A stretch of DNA of 61,981 bases, taken from the IMG/VR virus record IMGVR_UViG_3300023116_000045, positions 1 to 61,981 of that record. One strand, written 5' to 3'. Numbering within the stretch: position 1 is the first letter of the stretch; each line of letters begins with the position of its first letter. This document shows positions 35,892-46,594 of the stretch, in pieces. Below the pieces are notes generated by a model. That model saw nothing but the letters and a program-made list of their open reading frames with translations, did not search any database and was not told the DNA's origin. This stretch comes from a virus (taxonomy: Duplodnaviria; Caudoviricetes). A program made the position numbers and the translations under genes.

Positions 35892-38800
35892 GAGAAGTTC
35901 TGACCTCCGATAACACCGTACAGAGTGGTTCCTCCGTCAAATGTCATGAACGAGTAAACATCAACTGCTCCTGCACTTGAGGTGACTGTTGGAGCAACTC
36001 CTCCAGGCCAACGGAGTCCGATTGTCGAACCACCCGTTGTTCTGAAGTCATCAACGTCAATTGAGTAAGCTGTTGAGGAATCCTGAATGATTTGAAGAGT
36101 GAATGTGGTTGCCGAGGACGAAGGAACATTCTGAAGAACGAAGTAAGAGACATCTGAATCTGTGGTCAGAGTAAATGTCTGAGCGACAGACAAGTCAATA
36201 GTAACGGCACCACCGCTTGCGGTAACTGCTTTTGGAATCTCATAATAAGTCTTGAGTCTCAGTGCTCCTTCAACATCCAATGCTGCACTTCGTGCGAGTG
36301 TGGTTCCAATTCCAACACCATCGGAGGTGACCGTAATCTTGTCACCACTGTTGTTGACATCCAGTGTTGTTGCTGTAACGACACCAGCGTTAATTGAACC
36401 CGAAGACGAATCCAACCTGAATCCTGTTGCCGTCGTCACACCCGAGAGAACAGCACCACTGTTGATGGTGATGATTCCTTGGAGATAAGCGTCGTTAGCA
36501 ACGTAAAGGTCAGTTCCACCTGTTCCTGGAGTTCCGACTGAGAGTTTGAACTCTGTGCTTGGGAACGTGGTTCCAATTCCAACAATCTTATTGTTGATTG
36601 GATAAATGGTGCTGATTCCTGCCCAGAGACTGTCGTTCTGGAGGTTAGTCAGACCCGAACCATCACCAGTGAATGCTGTCGCAACGACAACACCATCAAC
36701 TCTCAGTTTCTGACCGTTTGCTGTGGTTCCGATTCCAACTCCATCAGCGTCAACGGTGAACTGAGTTGAACCAGCACCAACCTTGAAGGATGCATCACCT
36801 GGGTCATCAGTTGCAACACCGACCTTATTGAAGACAGCATTGGTTGTTCCTGTGTCAATTCCAACATTACCGAATGGGAACCAAGAATTATCAGTGGTGT
36901 AAACCCATCCAACAATTCCGCCACTTACTGGGTTACCGTTGAAAACAACGTCTCCTGCGTTACCAGCAACAGTTGGAGTTGCAATTCCAACAGTGTAGTT
37001 TCTGGAGATTGTTGCACTTCCTTGCAGATAAACCGAGGTTGCTTCGATACCGTCAGCAGAAGTTGAGGTCAGTTTTCTTGTAAAGACAACTGGTCCATCG
37101 AACTCAGAAACGTTGTCGTTATAAAGACCACCACTGACCTTGATGCTGGTCTTAGTGATAATTTCATCAGTATTGACGAGATCGAGGTCAACCTGACTCG
37201 TCAGTGATGAGTAATCTTGTCCAGTGTTAGTTGGAACTGGTGTGTCAATTGCAGAAGACTTACCTGTCGATCTGTCAATCTTTCTGTTACCGATGAAGTA
37301 ATCACCGTTAGCGTTGTAACCAGCATAAGAGTTAGAACCACCACCAGATTCGATTGACTGAGCAAGTCTTTCAGCAGTGGAGGACAGTTGTGTCTGTTGG
37401 AGACGTGGGAGTGCTGTTGCGTAATTACCAGCACCATAACCAGGATACTCAAAAGAGTGTGCGTTAGCAGTAACTACTGATGGAGATCTCAGTTCAACTG
37501 GTTGAACTCTAATTCTCTTAACAACAGATCCACTATCGTGAGATGTTGCAACCGTTCCGAAGAGACCTCTGAAGACTGCGACTGGGTTGGTCGAAACAGT
37601 CGTCTTGATTCTCATAATTTCATCATCGATTCTCAGATAATCACCGATGTTGAAGTCAAAGTTGGTGAGGTTCTGAATCGTAAGTTCAGTTACTGAAGAG
37701 TCAGCAACAGAAGCAGAGATAACAGTTGAGATTCCAGCATAAACATTATGGAATCTTCCACCAAAGTTCTCATTAACGAAATTAATTGTTCCATCCTGTG
37801 CTGTGAGTCCAGGATAATAAGCTCTCTGTGTTCCAGAAACTGCAGGACTCAGTGTCGAGACACCGATGTTGACAACGAAGGTTGAAAGTCCAACGTTCTG
37901 AGTAACAACGAATGTTCCGTTGTAAAGATCACTCGAAGCACCACCCAGAGTGATTGCGTTATCGACTCTCAAGCCGTGTGGTTGAACAGTGGTAACTGTT
38001 GCCAATCCAACTGAGGTGTTGACAACAAAGTCGGAGATGTCCAGTTTAGGACCAGTCAGAAGTGCGTAAGCATTTGCTGTGACGTTAGCACCAACTCCAG
38101 TGATTGAGTTAGTGTAAACAGGACTTACAGAAGAAACTTCAACTGCTTCTGCTGTTGAGATTCCAGTGATTCTGTAAAGTTGGTTATAACCAGCGTAACC
38201 TTCAGATGTTACACCAGCAACACTGATTGTGTCACCAACGTTATCGGTGATCGCAGCAACCGTTACAGTCGCTGTGGAGAATCCAGTTGTGGTTGCTGTT
38301 CCCGTAACATTCAGGACATCACCAACAACATAATTCGTACCACCACTCATAATCTTCAGAGCAGTAATCTCACCAGAAGCATTGACTGTGATTCTTGCCG
38401 TTGCGTTCTTACCAGTTGCTGAGTTTGTCAGAGTTGCGTTATAAAGGTTCTCAGCAGATCCAGTTCCGTTACCATAAGCAGAACCAGCGTCAGTGATTGT
38501 CAGTGATGTAATCGCATTCAGACCATGATCATGAGAGGTGTAAATGGTGTGTGCTGTTCCAGCTGCTGTGGAAACAATGTCAGTGATCCCAACACCAATT
38601 CCGAAGTCAACATAAGCCTTATTGAATGCTTGTTTCGTGATGCTGTTTCTGTGCTCATCGACAACAACACGACCAAGAAGATTAGAGTCAGCATAAGTGG
38701 TTGATGCTGATGGATCGGAAGATGGATTGTCCTGGTCATATTGAGGATAAAGTTCCTCAACAGGAGCAGAGAAGGAGAATGAAGCAGCGTCGTTGAAAGG

Positions 38801-41695
38801 AGCAATCGCTGGAGTGTTGGTCGAATCAACGATGGTCAGATAATAAACACCATCTTGAATTCCAGTTACATAAGGAATGATGTTCTGAACATCATAAACA
38901 TAGAAGTTGTTTGATGCTTCAACTCTCTGATAAGTTGGCAGAGAAGTGGTTCTTTCCGAAGTGTTATTCGAGAACGCACCAGGATCATCATAATCATTAG
39001 TTACGGTGAACTGGTTTGCGCTGTTAATTCCAGTAACCGTGAAAGTTCCGTTGAAACCAGAGTTACCAATTGCAGTGGTGTTGTTAGCACTGGTGACATT
39101 GGCAATCTTGACCTTTGAACCAACTGACAGACGGTGAGGAAGTTCTGTGGTGTAATTAGCAACGTTAGCTGACCAATCAGCGTTACGGATGAAACTAAAG
39201 TTTCTGAGGTCCGTCACGTTGTTCATCGTGACACTGCTTGGGTTGAACTGAAGCGCAACCTCAGTGTTGTTTGCACCTGTTACATCATTCGACTGTTGAA
39301 GAATGTAATCCTTTTGAGGTTCTCTTGCTGAAGTAATTCCACTTCCAGAAGGAACAACATAACGAGCACGATAAATCTTATCAGCAAGTTGTCTGGTGTC
39401 TGGTTTTCTGGTGATGTAAGTTCTTGGTGTTGCATCTCCGAGAGAAGCAGTTCCGAGAGCACTAATGGTTGGATAAAGTGAGTTGTCGGTTGCTGCTGTT
39501 GCAACGTTGACATACCACTGTGACTGTGAGGAGTCCCACTGAATTGGGTGACCGATGTCACCAGCTCTCTTGTCACTAACACGAGACTCAACTCTCAGGT
39601 TACCACCCAAGTTGTTGATAACCAACTCATTACCGTTGAGAGCATCATTGTAAGAGATCGCAACCTGTGCCTGGTTAGCGTTCAGACCAGAGGTGATTGC
39701 ATAATAAACCTTATTACTTTCAAGTCCATCAGGAAGACGAGCATTATCGGAGAGAACTCTGATTGACTCACCATTAATGAACTGGTGATCCTCTTTGAAC
39801 GTAATGGTGTTGGAGGAGATGCTGTTACCAGTTGAGACGTTAACACCGATGTTAGAAACCTTGACCGATGTCACTTGGTTTGAATCCTTATGCGTGTTCG
39901 GCATAACGATTCGAGCATAATAATTGGTGTCGTTGATTGTCGTGTTCAGACGATCACCTGTCTTTGCTCCAAGTCTGTAACCCTGAACGATTGTTCTTGG
40001 AGCAGCAGTTTGAGTTGTCTTCTGGTGGAGATAAAGTCTTGAGGTTGAACCAACACCAACAGTTGTGCCAACATCAATGGCATCATATTCCAGATTGATG
40101 TTTGATGCAACGTTGAACTCAGGTGGAACGATGTGAGAGATGTAACCAACGTCATCTCTTGCATATGCCTCATCTCTGAAACCTGTGGAATACAGAGACT
40201 GTTGACCGAAGTTTGAGTTGGACCCATTAACACTAACACTACCACCACTCTCAGTTACATACTGCTGTGAGTAACCAATTCCGAAACAAGAATCAACTTG
40301 TGCATAAGACTTATTAGCAACCTTAACGAAGTAGTTGTAATAAGCAGGTTTGTAAACTGCATCTGGATCACTGTTCAGATTCGAAACGGTTGACGAATCA
40401 TCAAAGGTTCCAGTGGTTGAGTTGTATCTCAGGAAAGCGTTGTTGTCATTCTGAAGTGAGATTCCAGTAAACTCATTGAGGAGAACGGATTGGAATCCTT
40501 TGACCTTCGCGCCATCCGCAAACAGACCACACATACCATAAGACGACTTTACAGTTGTCTTGGCAACATAAGGTGAAGATGAGACTGTGCTGTTAATTGC
40601 CAGTTCAACTGCGGTACCAGCAACAGTGGGTGAGGTGTCAACTGGTGCTGTTGGTGTGGCATAAGTGAAGACCTTAGTGCCATTAGCGTTGACAGTGACA
40701 ACAGAGTCAACAATGAATGTTCCATTGTAAACACTCTCACTTACACCACTAACAACGATTGGTGTGTCAACGTTGATTCCATCAATCTCATCAGTCAGAG
40801 TGATGGTTACCGCTGTTCCTGAAGCAGTGATAGTACTGATTCCTGCTCTTCCAGAGATAGGAGCAACGATGCGATACTCATCAACTTTTGGTTCAATGTC
40901 AACACCAGCGTTTGGATAATTTGGTGAGATGCCGCGACCAGACTTCGAACCATAAAGAAGACCGACCTTCTCATAATAAATGTCCAGATCAGTTCTGGAG
41001 GTGTAGAAAGTGAGGAATGAGTCGTCAATGTCCGTTGAGTTTACACCATCAGCATATTCAAATGCCGAGAGTTTGTGGTGAGAGAAGTTTGGGACGTAAG
41101 TGTTGGTTGTGTAATCCTTATAGACCGTGCCGTAGGGGTCACCATCCAGAATCGAAACACCTTCAATGTAAGAACCACCAGTCAGACGGAAGACAGCACT
41201 TGTGGTGATTGCTGAGTTCGCTGGATCTGGAACATACTTTGGTCTAATTCTTGTCTTTCTGGGGTCCATTCCAACGATGGAGACACCACGAGGAACAATA
41301 ACACCACCGTAAATGCTGTTCGCTCTGACGAGAACGTTCGTATTATCCTGAAGATCGAAGTTAGATGCCGTGGTCAGTTCAGGGAAAGAAGAAGTGCTCG
41401 AACCATCTCTCTGGCGGAAGATTGATCCATCAGGAATCCAACCAGGTCTGTTGTCTACAACATAATCTGCTGGTTGAAGAACAATTGTGGTTTGAGCAAA
41501 ACGATCATTGTCAAGACCAACTTGATATGAAAATCTTGCTGCCTCAAGTAGTGCCCTCTGAATTGAGAGGAACGGACGAGATTGGGAGTTACCAGTGTTC
41601 TCAACACTGTCAGTTGCGTCCAATCCGTTTGGGTCAACATAAAGAACATTTCCACGGACGTTCTTTAGAAAATTATCCAGACGACTTAATGGCAT
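35888..41695 (-). CDS. large virion structural protein (tail fibre/baseplate associated), 1935 aa
   Basis: MPLSRLDNFLKN start typical of cyanomyovirus structural proteins; repeated beta domains; adaptor-like C-terminus; late promoter at 41725-41731. Confidence 0.8.
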   Translation of the reverse strand: MPLSRLDNFLKNVRGNVLYVDPNGLDATDSVENTGNSQSRPFLSIQRALLEAARFSYQVGLDNDRFAQTTIVLQPADYVVDNRPGWIPDGSIFRQRDGSSTSSFPELTTASNFDLQDNTNVLVRANSIYGGVIVPRGVSIVGMDPRKTRIRPKYVPDPANSAITTSAVFRLTGGSYIEGVSILDGDPYGTVYKDYTTNTYVPNFSHHKLSAFEYADGVNSTDIDDSFLTFYTSRTDLDIYYEKVGLLYGSKSGRGISPNYPNAGVDIEPKVDEYRIVAPISGRAGISTITASGTAVTITLTDEIDGINVDTPIVVSGVSESVYNGTFIVDSVVTVNANGTKVFTYATPTAPVDTSPTVAGTAVELAINSTVSSSPYVAKTTVKSSYGMCGLFADGAKVKGFQSVLLNEFTGISLQNDNNAFLRYNSTTGTFDDSSTVSNLNSDPDAVYKPAYYNYFVKVANKSYAQVDSCFGIGYSQQYVTESGGSVSVNGSNSNFGQQSLYSTGFRDEAYARDDVGYISHIVPPEFNVASNINLEYDAIDVGTTVGVGSTSRLYLHQKTTQTAAPRTIVQGYRLGAKTGDRLNTTINDTNYYARIVMPNTHKDSNQVTSVKVSNIGVNVSTGNSISSNTITFKEDHQFINGESIRVLSDNARLPDGLESNKVYYAITSGLNANQAQVAISYNDALNGNELVINNLGGNLRVESRVSDKRAGDIGHPIQWDSSQSQWYVNVATAATDNSLYPTISALGTASLGDATPRTYITRKPDTRQLADKIYRARYVVPSGSGITSAREPQKDYILQQSNDVTGANNTEVALQFNPSSVTMNNVTDLRNFSFIRNADWSANVANYTTELPHRLSVGSKVKIANVTSANNTTAIGNSGFNGTFTVTGINSANQFTVTNDYDDPGAFSNNTSERTTSLPTYQRVEASNNFYVYDVQNIIPYVTGIQDGVYYLTIVDSTNTPAIAPFNDAASFSFSAPVEELYPQYDQDNPSSDPSASTTYADSNLLGRVVVDEHRNSITKQAFNKAYVDFGIGVGITDIVSTAAGTAHTIYTSHDHGLNAITSLTITDAGSAYGNGTGSAENLYNATLTNSATGKNATARITVNASGEITALKIMSGGTNYVVGDVLNVTGTATTTGFSTATVTVAAITDNVGDTISVAGVTSEGYAGYNQLYRITGISTAEAVEVSSVSPVYTNSITGVGANVTANAYALLTGPKLDISDFVVNTSVGLATVTTVQPHGLRVDNAITLGGASSDLYNGTFVVTQNVGLSTFVVNIGVSTLSPAVSGTQRAYYPGLTAQDGTINFVNENFGGRFHNVYAGISTVISASVADSSVTELTIQNLTNFDFNIGDYLRIDDEIMRIKTTVSTNPVAVFRGLFGTVATSHDSGSVVKRIRVQPVELRSPSVVTANAHSFEYPGYGAGNYATALPRLQQTQLSSTAERLAQSIESGGGSNSYAGYNANGDYFIGNRKIDRSTGKSSAIDTPVPTNTGQDYSSLTSQVDLDLVNTDEIITKTSIKVSGGLYNDNVSEFDGPVVFTRKLTSTSADGIEATSVYLQGSATISRNYTVGIATPTVAGNAGDVVFNGNPVSGGIVGWVYTTDNSWFPFGNVGIDTGTTNAVFNKVGVATDDPGDASFKVGAGSTQFTVDADGVGIGTTANGQKLRVDGVVVATAFTGDGSGLTNLQNDSLWAGISTIYPINNKIVGIGTTFPSTEFKLSVGTPGTGGTDLYVANDAYLQGIITINSGAVLSGVTTATGFRLDSSSGSINAGVVTATTLDVNNSGDKITVTSDGVGIGTTLARSAALDVEGALRLKTYYEIPKAVTASGGAVTIDLSVAQTFTLTTDSDVSYFVLQNVPSSSATTFTLQIIQDSSTAYSIDVDDFRTTGGSTIGLRWPGGVAPTVTSSAGAVDVYSFMTFDGGTTLYGVIGGQNFS

Positions 41696-41737
41696 CTTCT
41701 TCGCACGGTGAGTCTATTATGAGTTATTTATCGCATA

Positions 41738-41766
41738 GCAAAGGGCACCCAGTTTCCTGAGTGCCC
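41738..41766 (-). terminator. intrinsic terminator
   Basis: minus strand GGGCACTCAG-GAAA-CTGGGTGCCC followed by TTTG. Confidence 0.7.
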
Positions 41767-41793
41767 CTTAGCGACTTCCTTCACACCCTATAG

Positions 41794-41961
41794 TTATAAC
41801 CCTTTTTCGAGCATATATTCAACTGTGTTTGCCACATCATTCATCGCATCACGAAGGTCTGGTCTTTGACCAGATTCCATCTTAATGATGGGTCTCTCAT
41901 CCTGACAGAGAGTCCATCTCCATTGACCCATGTGTTGACAGTACCAGAGATTGATTTTCAT
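41794..41961 (-). CDS. small hypothetical protein (55 aa, not in ORF track)
   Basis: read manually as MKINLWYCQHMGQWRWTL...MESGQRPDLRDAMNDVANTVEYMLEKGL*. Confidence 0.65.
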   Translation of the reverse strand: MKINLWYCQHMGQWRWTLCQDERPIIKMESGQRPDLRDAMNDVANTVEYMLEKGL

Positions 41962-41964
41962 AAG

Positions 41965-42144
41965 TTAAAACAACCAGAGTTGATCTTCCTTCGTGGGATT
42001 GTAAGTCTTAGGATGAAACACACAGTACTCATTAAATGTAATCTTCATTTCCTTTTCTGTCAAGTTGCAGTTCTTGGCAGCAGTGGGAACATTCCACTTT
42101 GCCTTAAACAACATTTCCATTGACTTTCTTGTTTCAGGTCTCAT
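41965..42144 (-). CDS. small hypothetical protein
   Basis: likely start MRPETRKSMEMLF after a GGAGG SD. Confidence 0.6.
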   Translation of the reverse strand: MRPETRKSMEMLFKAKWNVPTAAKNCNLTEKEMKITFNEYCVFHPKTYNPTKEDQLWLF

Positions 42145-42886
42145 TCTTCCTCCACTTAGTTTCTCTGCGATCGTAGTCCCATCCACCAATCAGGAAGAAC
42201 TCATTGTTTCCTGGATAATCATCGGGACTGTCGCCCTCATAAACCACATGAAGTTTTTCATCGTGGTCACAAGGATTGATCCAACGTGCTGCCCAAACTT
42301 CATAATAACAATGAATGGTGGAAGCATTTCCAGACTTGACTTTGATCCTCTTACCCCATTCAATTCCATCAACAATCAAATCCTGAGAGGTTCCAATCTG
42401 CGTCAAAGTGACAGTGATTGTTTCTGGATCAACAAGACCCTCCCAATACTCGGGAAGATTGATGATGTTTGTGTCCTTCATGGTTCCACGAATGTAGATA
42501 CCTGCTTCTGGACCCTCAGCAATAACGTGACGAACACGTTTCTTCTCATCCTTCCAGTGAGGAACGTCGAAAGCACCACCGATTGCCTTTGCTGTCGTTG
42601 CACTCCCGTTGAAGATAGGAGCAGTCATTGACTGCGAAGCAGTAACTGTTTGTGTTGTGTTGATAGTGCCCGTAATATTAATTAGTCCAGCACCAGTCAG
42701 TTGTTCATTTAACAGAATGCGGTCAACTTGAAAGTAAGAATGATAATAAAGAGGACAAGCATCTTCTGGGTAATCAGTGTCACCCGTCATCGCTTTCAAA
42801 ATATAATCATATTCAGTATTGGGGGAACCTCCAACAAAATTGGTACAGTCTTTATTACCAAATGATTGTGTTTCAAATCCTGCCAT
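42134..42886 (-). CDS. baseplate/tail-associated protein with chaperone-like C-terminal domain
   Basis: FDVPH...RHVIAEGPEAGIYIRG...LPEYW; paralogous to the next gene. Confidence 0.65.
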   Translation of the reverse strand: MAGFETQSFGNKDCTNFVGGSPNTEYDYILKAMTGDTDYPEDACPLYYHSYFQVDRILLNEQLTGAGLINITGTINTTQTVTASQSMTAPIFNGSATTAKAIGGAFDVPHWKDEKKRVRHVIAEGPEAGIYIRGTMKDTNIINLPEYWEGLVDPETITVTLTQIGTSQDLIVDGIEWGKRIKVKSGNASTIHCYYEVWAARWINPCDHDEKLHVVYEGDSPDDYPGNNEFFLIGGWDYDRRETKWRKNET

Positions 42887-43671
42887 TATGAGTTCTCCTT
42901 AACGTCGTAGTGATAACCTGAGATGGAATACTGATCATTGTCTCCTGGATAATCTGCTGGTGTTGTTCCTTCATATTCAGGAATCAGTTTCTCACCATCC
43001 TTTCTCTCAGCAAAGACATGATAATAACAATGAATGGGAATGCCACCTTGAGATTGTAGCACAATTCTTTCTGGCTCCACTCTCTTAACAATGATGTTCT
43101 GATGAGCACCGATGGGTGTCAGATTTACTGTGATGGAAGATTGATCCACAAAGTCCTGCCAGTAATCAGGAAGAGGAATCTCATTTGTGTTCTTTATTTT
43201 ACCACGTATATATACGTCATTGTAAGGTGCTTCTGGACAGGTGTGTCTCAGACGATAACCTTCCTTACTGGGGTGTGGGATGTCAAAGTTCTTTTTGGCA
43301 GAGAGGATGTGACCACCACACCGTGACATCACTTCTCCCTGTGCAATCAGGTTGCCGCCAACATTCACATTCTGATTTGTGTCAACTGTCCCCAGGAGGG
43401 CAGTATTACCAGCCACAGCAAGATCATATGGGTTGTTAATACCAGTGCAAAGAGCACCAGGGATAAATGGTTGTTCTTTGAGGTCACTGTTATTCACTCC
43501 AGAGATCATTACAGTTGCCCAAACATTTGGGAATGCACCTGGAGTACCAGTAATGCTGGGTCCTTCAATGTAAGCAGAACCACGAACCTCTTTGGGTCCA
43601 CGTCCTAATGCTTCTGGTTTTCCCTCACCAACGAATAATCTTTTACCGACGTATAAATCAGGTACCTTCAT
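42886..43671 (-). CDS. baseplate/tail-associated protein with chaperone-like C-terminal domain
   Basis: KNFDIPHP...LRHTCPEAPYNDVYIRG...LPDYW. Confidence 0.65.
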   Translation of the reverse strand: MKVPDLYVGKRLFVGEGKPEALGRGPKEVRGSAYIEGPSITGTPGAFPNVWATVMISGVNNSDLKEQPFIPGALCTGINNPYDLAVAGNTALLGTVDTNQNVNVGGNLIAQGEVMSRCGGHILSAKKNFDIPHPSKEGYRLRHTCPEAPYNDVYIRGKIKNTNEIPLPDYWQDFVDQSSITVNLTPIGAHQNIIVKRVEPERIVLQSQGGIPIHCYYHVFAERKDGEKLIPEYEGTTPADYPGDNDQYSISGYHYDVKENS

Positions 43672-44258
43672 TGTTTGTTCTGCTCCTCATTTGTTGATCC
43701 ACCCTTAGATCCTTTGTTAGTTGTTGCTCCATCAGCAGCATCGACAAGACCACCATAAAGATTTAGAATTGCTCTGCCGATAACTTCAACATTCTTTTCC
43801 GAGAAGATCTTAGTTGAAACCTCTGACTTGATGTCAATGGTTTGAGCATCAAGAGTAATCTTTTCGTTTGAGTTGATTGTAACATATCCATTCTTATTAT
43901 CCTCTCCCTTTGCGATGATTTCAACGTTCTTCGCTTCGATCTTGAGAGTACCTTTGGGGCAGCGAAGATGAATGTCACCTTTCTTGGCATCCATAAAGAT
44001 GGCAGGTTGTCCTTCTTCTTTTTCAGTGAAACCCTCACCTGCTTGAACCTGGAAAGATCCAGGTGAAACACACATTGTTCCAAACTTTCTGTGCTTCTTT
44101 CCAGTTTGATCCAGAGTAATGTAATGATTCCAATGCTTACCATCACGAAGCATCACAGAAGATTGAACATTATCCTGATGAAGATGCCCAAATTTGATTT
44201 CACCGTCTGCTGTTCCGTAGCGAACCTGGTGGTAATTCTTTTCTGCTGATTCTGACAT
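43668..44258 (-). CDS. baseplate spike-like beta-helix protein
   Basis: short beta-strand periodicity; directly follows gp5. Confidence 0.55.
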   Translation of the reverse strand: MSESAEKNYHQVRYGTADGEIKFGHLHQDNVQSSVMLRDGKHWNHYITLDQTGKKHRKFGTMCVSPGSFQVQAGEGFTEKEEGQPAIFMDAKKGDIHLRCPKGTLKIEAKNVEIIAKGEDNKNGYVTINSNEKITLDAQTIDIKSEVSTKIFSEKNVEVIGRAILNLYGGLVDAADGATTNKGSKGGSTNEEQNKQ

Positions 44259-46594
44259 TAGACTTTACCTACACAATCGATAACAGTGACAATCTTGTCT
44301 TGAAGTTCTGGGTTGGCAACTTCATCTTCTCCAACTCTCTGGACACAGAACTTAGGAAGAAGTTCAGCATTGAACCCAGTTGCAGATCTGACAAAGACTT
44401 TGGGAAGTTCTTTAAATCCTTCACCACCTTCTGTGACTTGAACTTTAATAATTCTTCCTTGCTCATCAACTTCAATAGCAGCTGCTGTTCCAAGATCAGG
44501 TTGAATAACAACTTCATCTCCTGGTTGGTAAGCAATTCCTGCCTCAGCAATAATAATCTCACAGAGATAAAGAATAACGGGATAAGAACCATCGGAAGAT
44601 GATGGATAAGTTCCTTGTGTTCTTCCAGGACACCCTGTTTGTGGTGTCGTAAATCTTCCTGGTTTCTGAACGACGTGAGTGCTGCATCCTTTAATTGTTT
44701 CGCCACCAGTGGTGGGATCATTTTCAATGGGTTCTGTTATCACTTCACTGCAGCATGGTGTATTTACAATGTCACCTGGTTGAACTTCGATGACATTTCC
44801 AGGCGGAATGGGAACTTCAATAATTGGTCCACTGATGTCACCACCACCTGGGTGAGTGATTTCGGTGTCGTTCTCACACTTCCACTCTCTTCCATCACCG
44901 CCCGTGCATCCGTTAGGTGCTGGAAGATAATCTGTTCCGCCCTGTTCGACTACGATGTCAATAATGCCGCCGTCTTCATCAACAAGAGGATAGAATACGC
45001 CATTATTGCCATTTCCACAATCATCATAAGCGTAACCATAAGTGTTGTTCGCGTCATAACCGCTCCCAAACTCAATAGCATCATAACCGATAATTGCTCC
45101 ACCCGCAGAAATGATCAGATTTCCTAATGCCCCAGAACCAGAACCAATCCATCTTGCCTCTGGTGGTCCACAAGGTCTTGCGCCTGTGTCGCAACCAGGA
45201 TTATCAAAGATGTTATTGAGAGCATCACCAAAACCAGTGAAGGAATTCATAACATCATTTGCCTGACCCAAGATCCCCTGGAGTTGGTTGGCACTGTTGG
45301 CAACGTTAGAGGCACCATTCCAGATACTCCACTCGTTTACTCTGCCACACTCGTTGTCTTCTTCACACTTCAAGAATGAGAAAGGATCCTGAAGGATGGT
45401 GCTGATAAGATCTTCACCAACTCCAACACCATCAACCAAGGATCCGATTCCAGACAAAGCAGAGTTAATTTGACCCTGAAGACCACCCAACAATGCTCCC
45501 AACAAATTACCCATGGCATTGTTGACAAAGCACTCAGTTACATTAATGACTCTCTCTGCTGCTGCCTCCAGAAACTGACAGATAAGATTTTCAAGTTGAC
45601 TAATAATCTTTTTAAAGATGCAAGCAATCTGATCATTGGCATTCTCAACTTGCTTCTTCAGTTGTGGTCTTTCACTGGGATGAAGTAAGTCATATTTCTT
45701 TTTCAGAGTGTTGTTTGTCTCTCGGAGAACCTTTTTCTCCATCTGTTCAATAATGTCTTTGAACAGAGAGGCCATCAGTTTGCACAATTCTCTGGTCAGG
45801 GATCGAATCATATCATCGATTCCCATCTCACCATTGGTCAGAGCATAACGATAATCATACTTAGATCTCTGGAGTTCCTGAAGTCTTTGGATGCCATTCT
45901 GAAGTTCCTTTGTGATCCTCCGAGTGTCCATCGGTTCACAATCTTTTGTCTTGGCAACGGGATCTGCCTTCTTACCTTGCCATCTTGCGTCCCAACTTGC
46001 CATGTCAACAAGGACATTACTGCCAAGCATGTCCTCAATGTAATAGTTATTGGTATATGCTGCTGTGATCCCATCATCTGGAATGGCAACCTCACCGCCA
46101 CCAGGATATGCCCTTACTGTGTAAGAAGCGATCTTCTCTTCTTCAGTGTAACCACTCTTCGGTTTGAATGCCTCACAATCCGATGATCCTGTTGATTTGG
46201 AAATTGCCTGATACTGGTTATAACCAATGACACCGACAATAATGGGAACCTGACCCTCAGGACCATCAAAGAAATATCCTTGAACAAAGTTTCCTTGTGC
46301 AAGGTTGGCACTTGCGAACGAAGATCTTCCTCCACCACCAGCGGTTGGTGGATACTGAACGTAAGCCCATGGCAGTTCATCATCAGCGACTTCATTGCAG
46401 TCATCTGTGTGATATCCCATGATGCGAACACGGTATCTTTCACCGAAACCGCGCATCTCATCATTACTTTGAACGGGTTTACCTGGAATGTTTTCTTTCC
46501 AAGTTTCCTCTTTAGCAATCTGTCCGATCCACCAGGTGTATCCGCCGCGGCCAAGGAAGCGTGGATTAAAAGTTGCTGAATTAGTCTGATCCAT
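44258..46594 (-). CDS. gp5: baseplate hub subunit, gp5-like
   Basis: N-terminal OB-fold motif WWIGQI...RYRVRIMGYH...LPWA...GYFFDG; synteny. Confidence 0.75.
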   Translation of the reverse strand: MDQTNSATFNPRFLGRGGYTWWIGQIAKEETWKENIPGKPVQSNDEMRGFGERYRVRIMGYHTDDCNEVADDELPWAYVQYPPTAGGGGRSSFASANLAQGNFVQGYFFDGPEGQVPIIVGVIGYNQYQAISKSTGSSDCEAFKPKSGYTEEEKIASYTVRAYPGGGEVAIPDDGITAAYTNNYYIEDMLGSNVLVDMASWDARWQGKKADPVAKTKDCEPMDTRRITKELQNGIQRLQELQRSKYDYRYALTNGEMGIDDMIRSLTRELCKLMASLFKDIIEQMEKKVLRETNNTLKKKYDLLHPSERPQLKKQVENANDQIACIFKKIISQLENLICQFLEAAAERVINVTECFVNNAMGNLLGALLGGLQGQINSALSGIGSLVDGVGVGEDLISTILQDPFSFLKCEEDNECGRVNEWSIWNGASNVANSANQLQGILGQANDVMNSFTGFGDALNNIFDNPGCDTGARPCGPPEARWIGSGSGALGNLIISAGGAIIGYDAIEFGSGYDANNTYGYAYDDCGNGNNGVFYPLVDEDGGIIDIVVEQGGTDYLPAPNGCTGGDGREWKCENDTEITHPGGGDISGPIIEVPIPPGNVIEVQPGDIVNTPCCSEVITEPIENDPTTGGETIKGCSTHVVQKPGRFTTPQTGCPGRTQGTYPSSSDGSYPVILYLCEIIIAEAGIAYQPGDEVVIQPDLGTAAAIEVDEQGRIIKVQVTEGGEGFKELPKVFVRSATGFNAELLPKFCVQRVGEDEVANPELQDKIVTVIDCVGKV

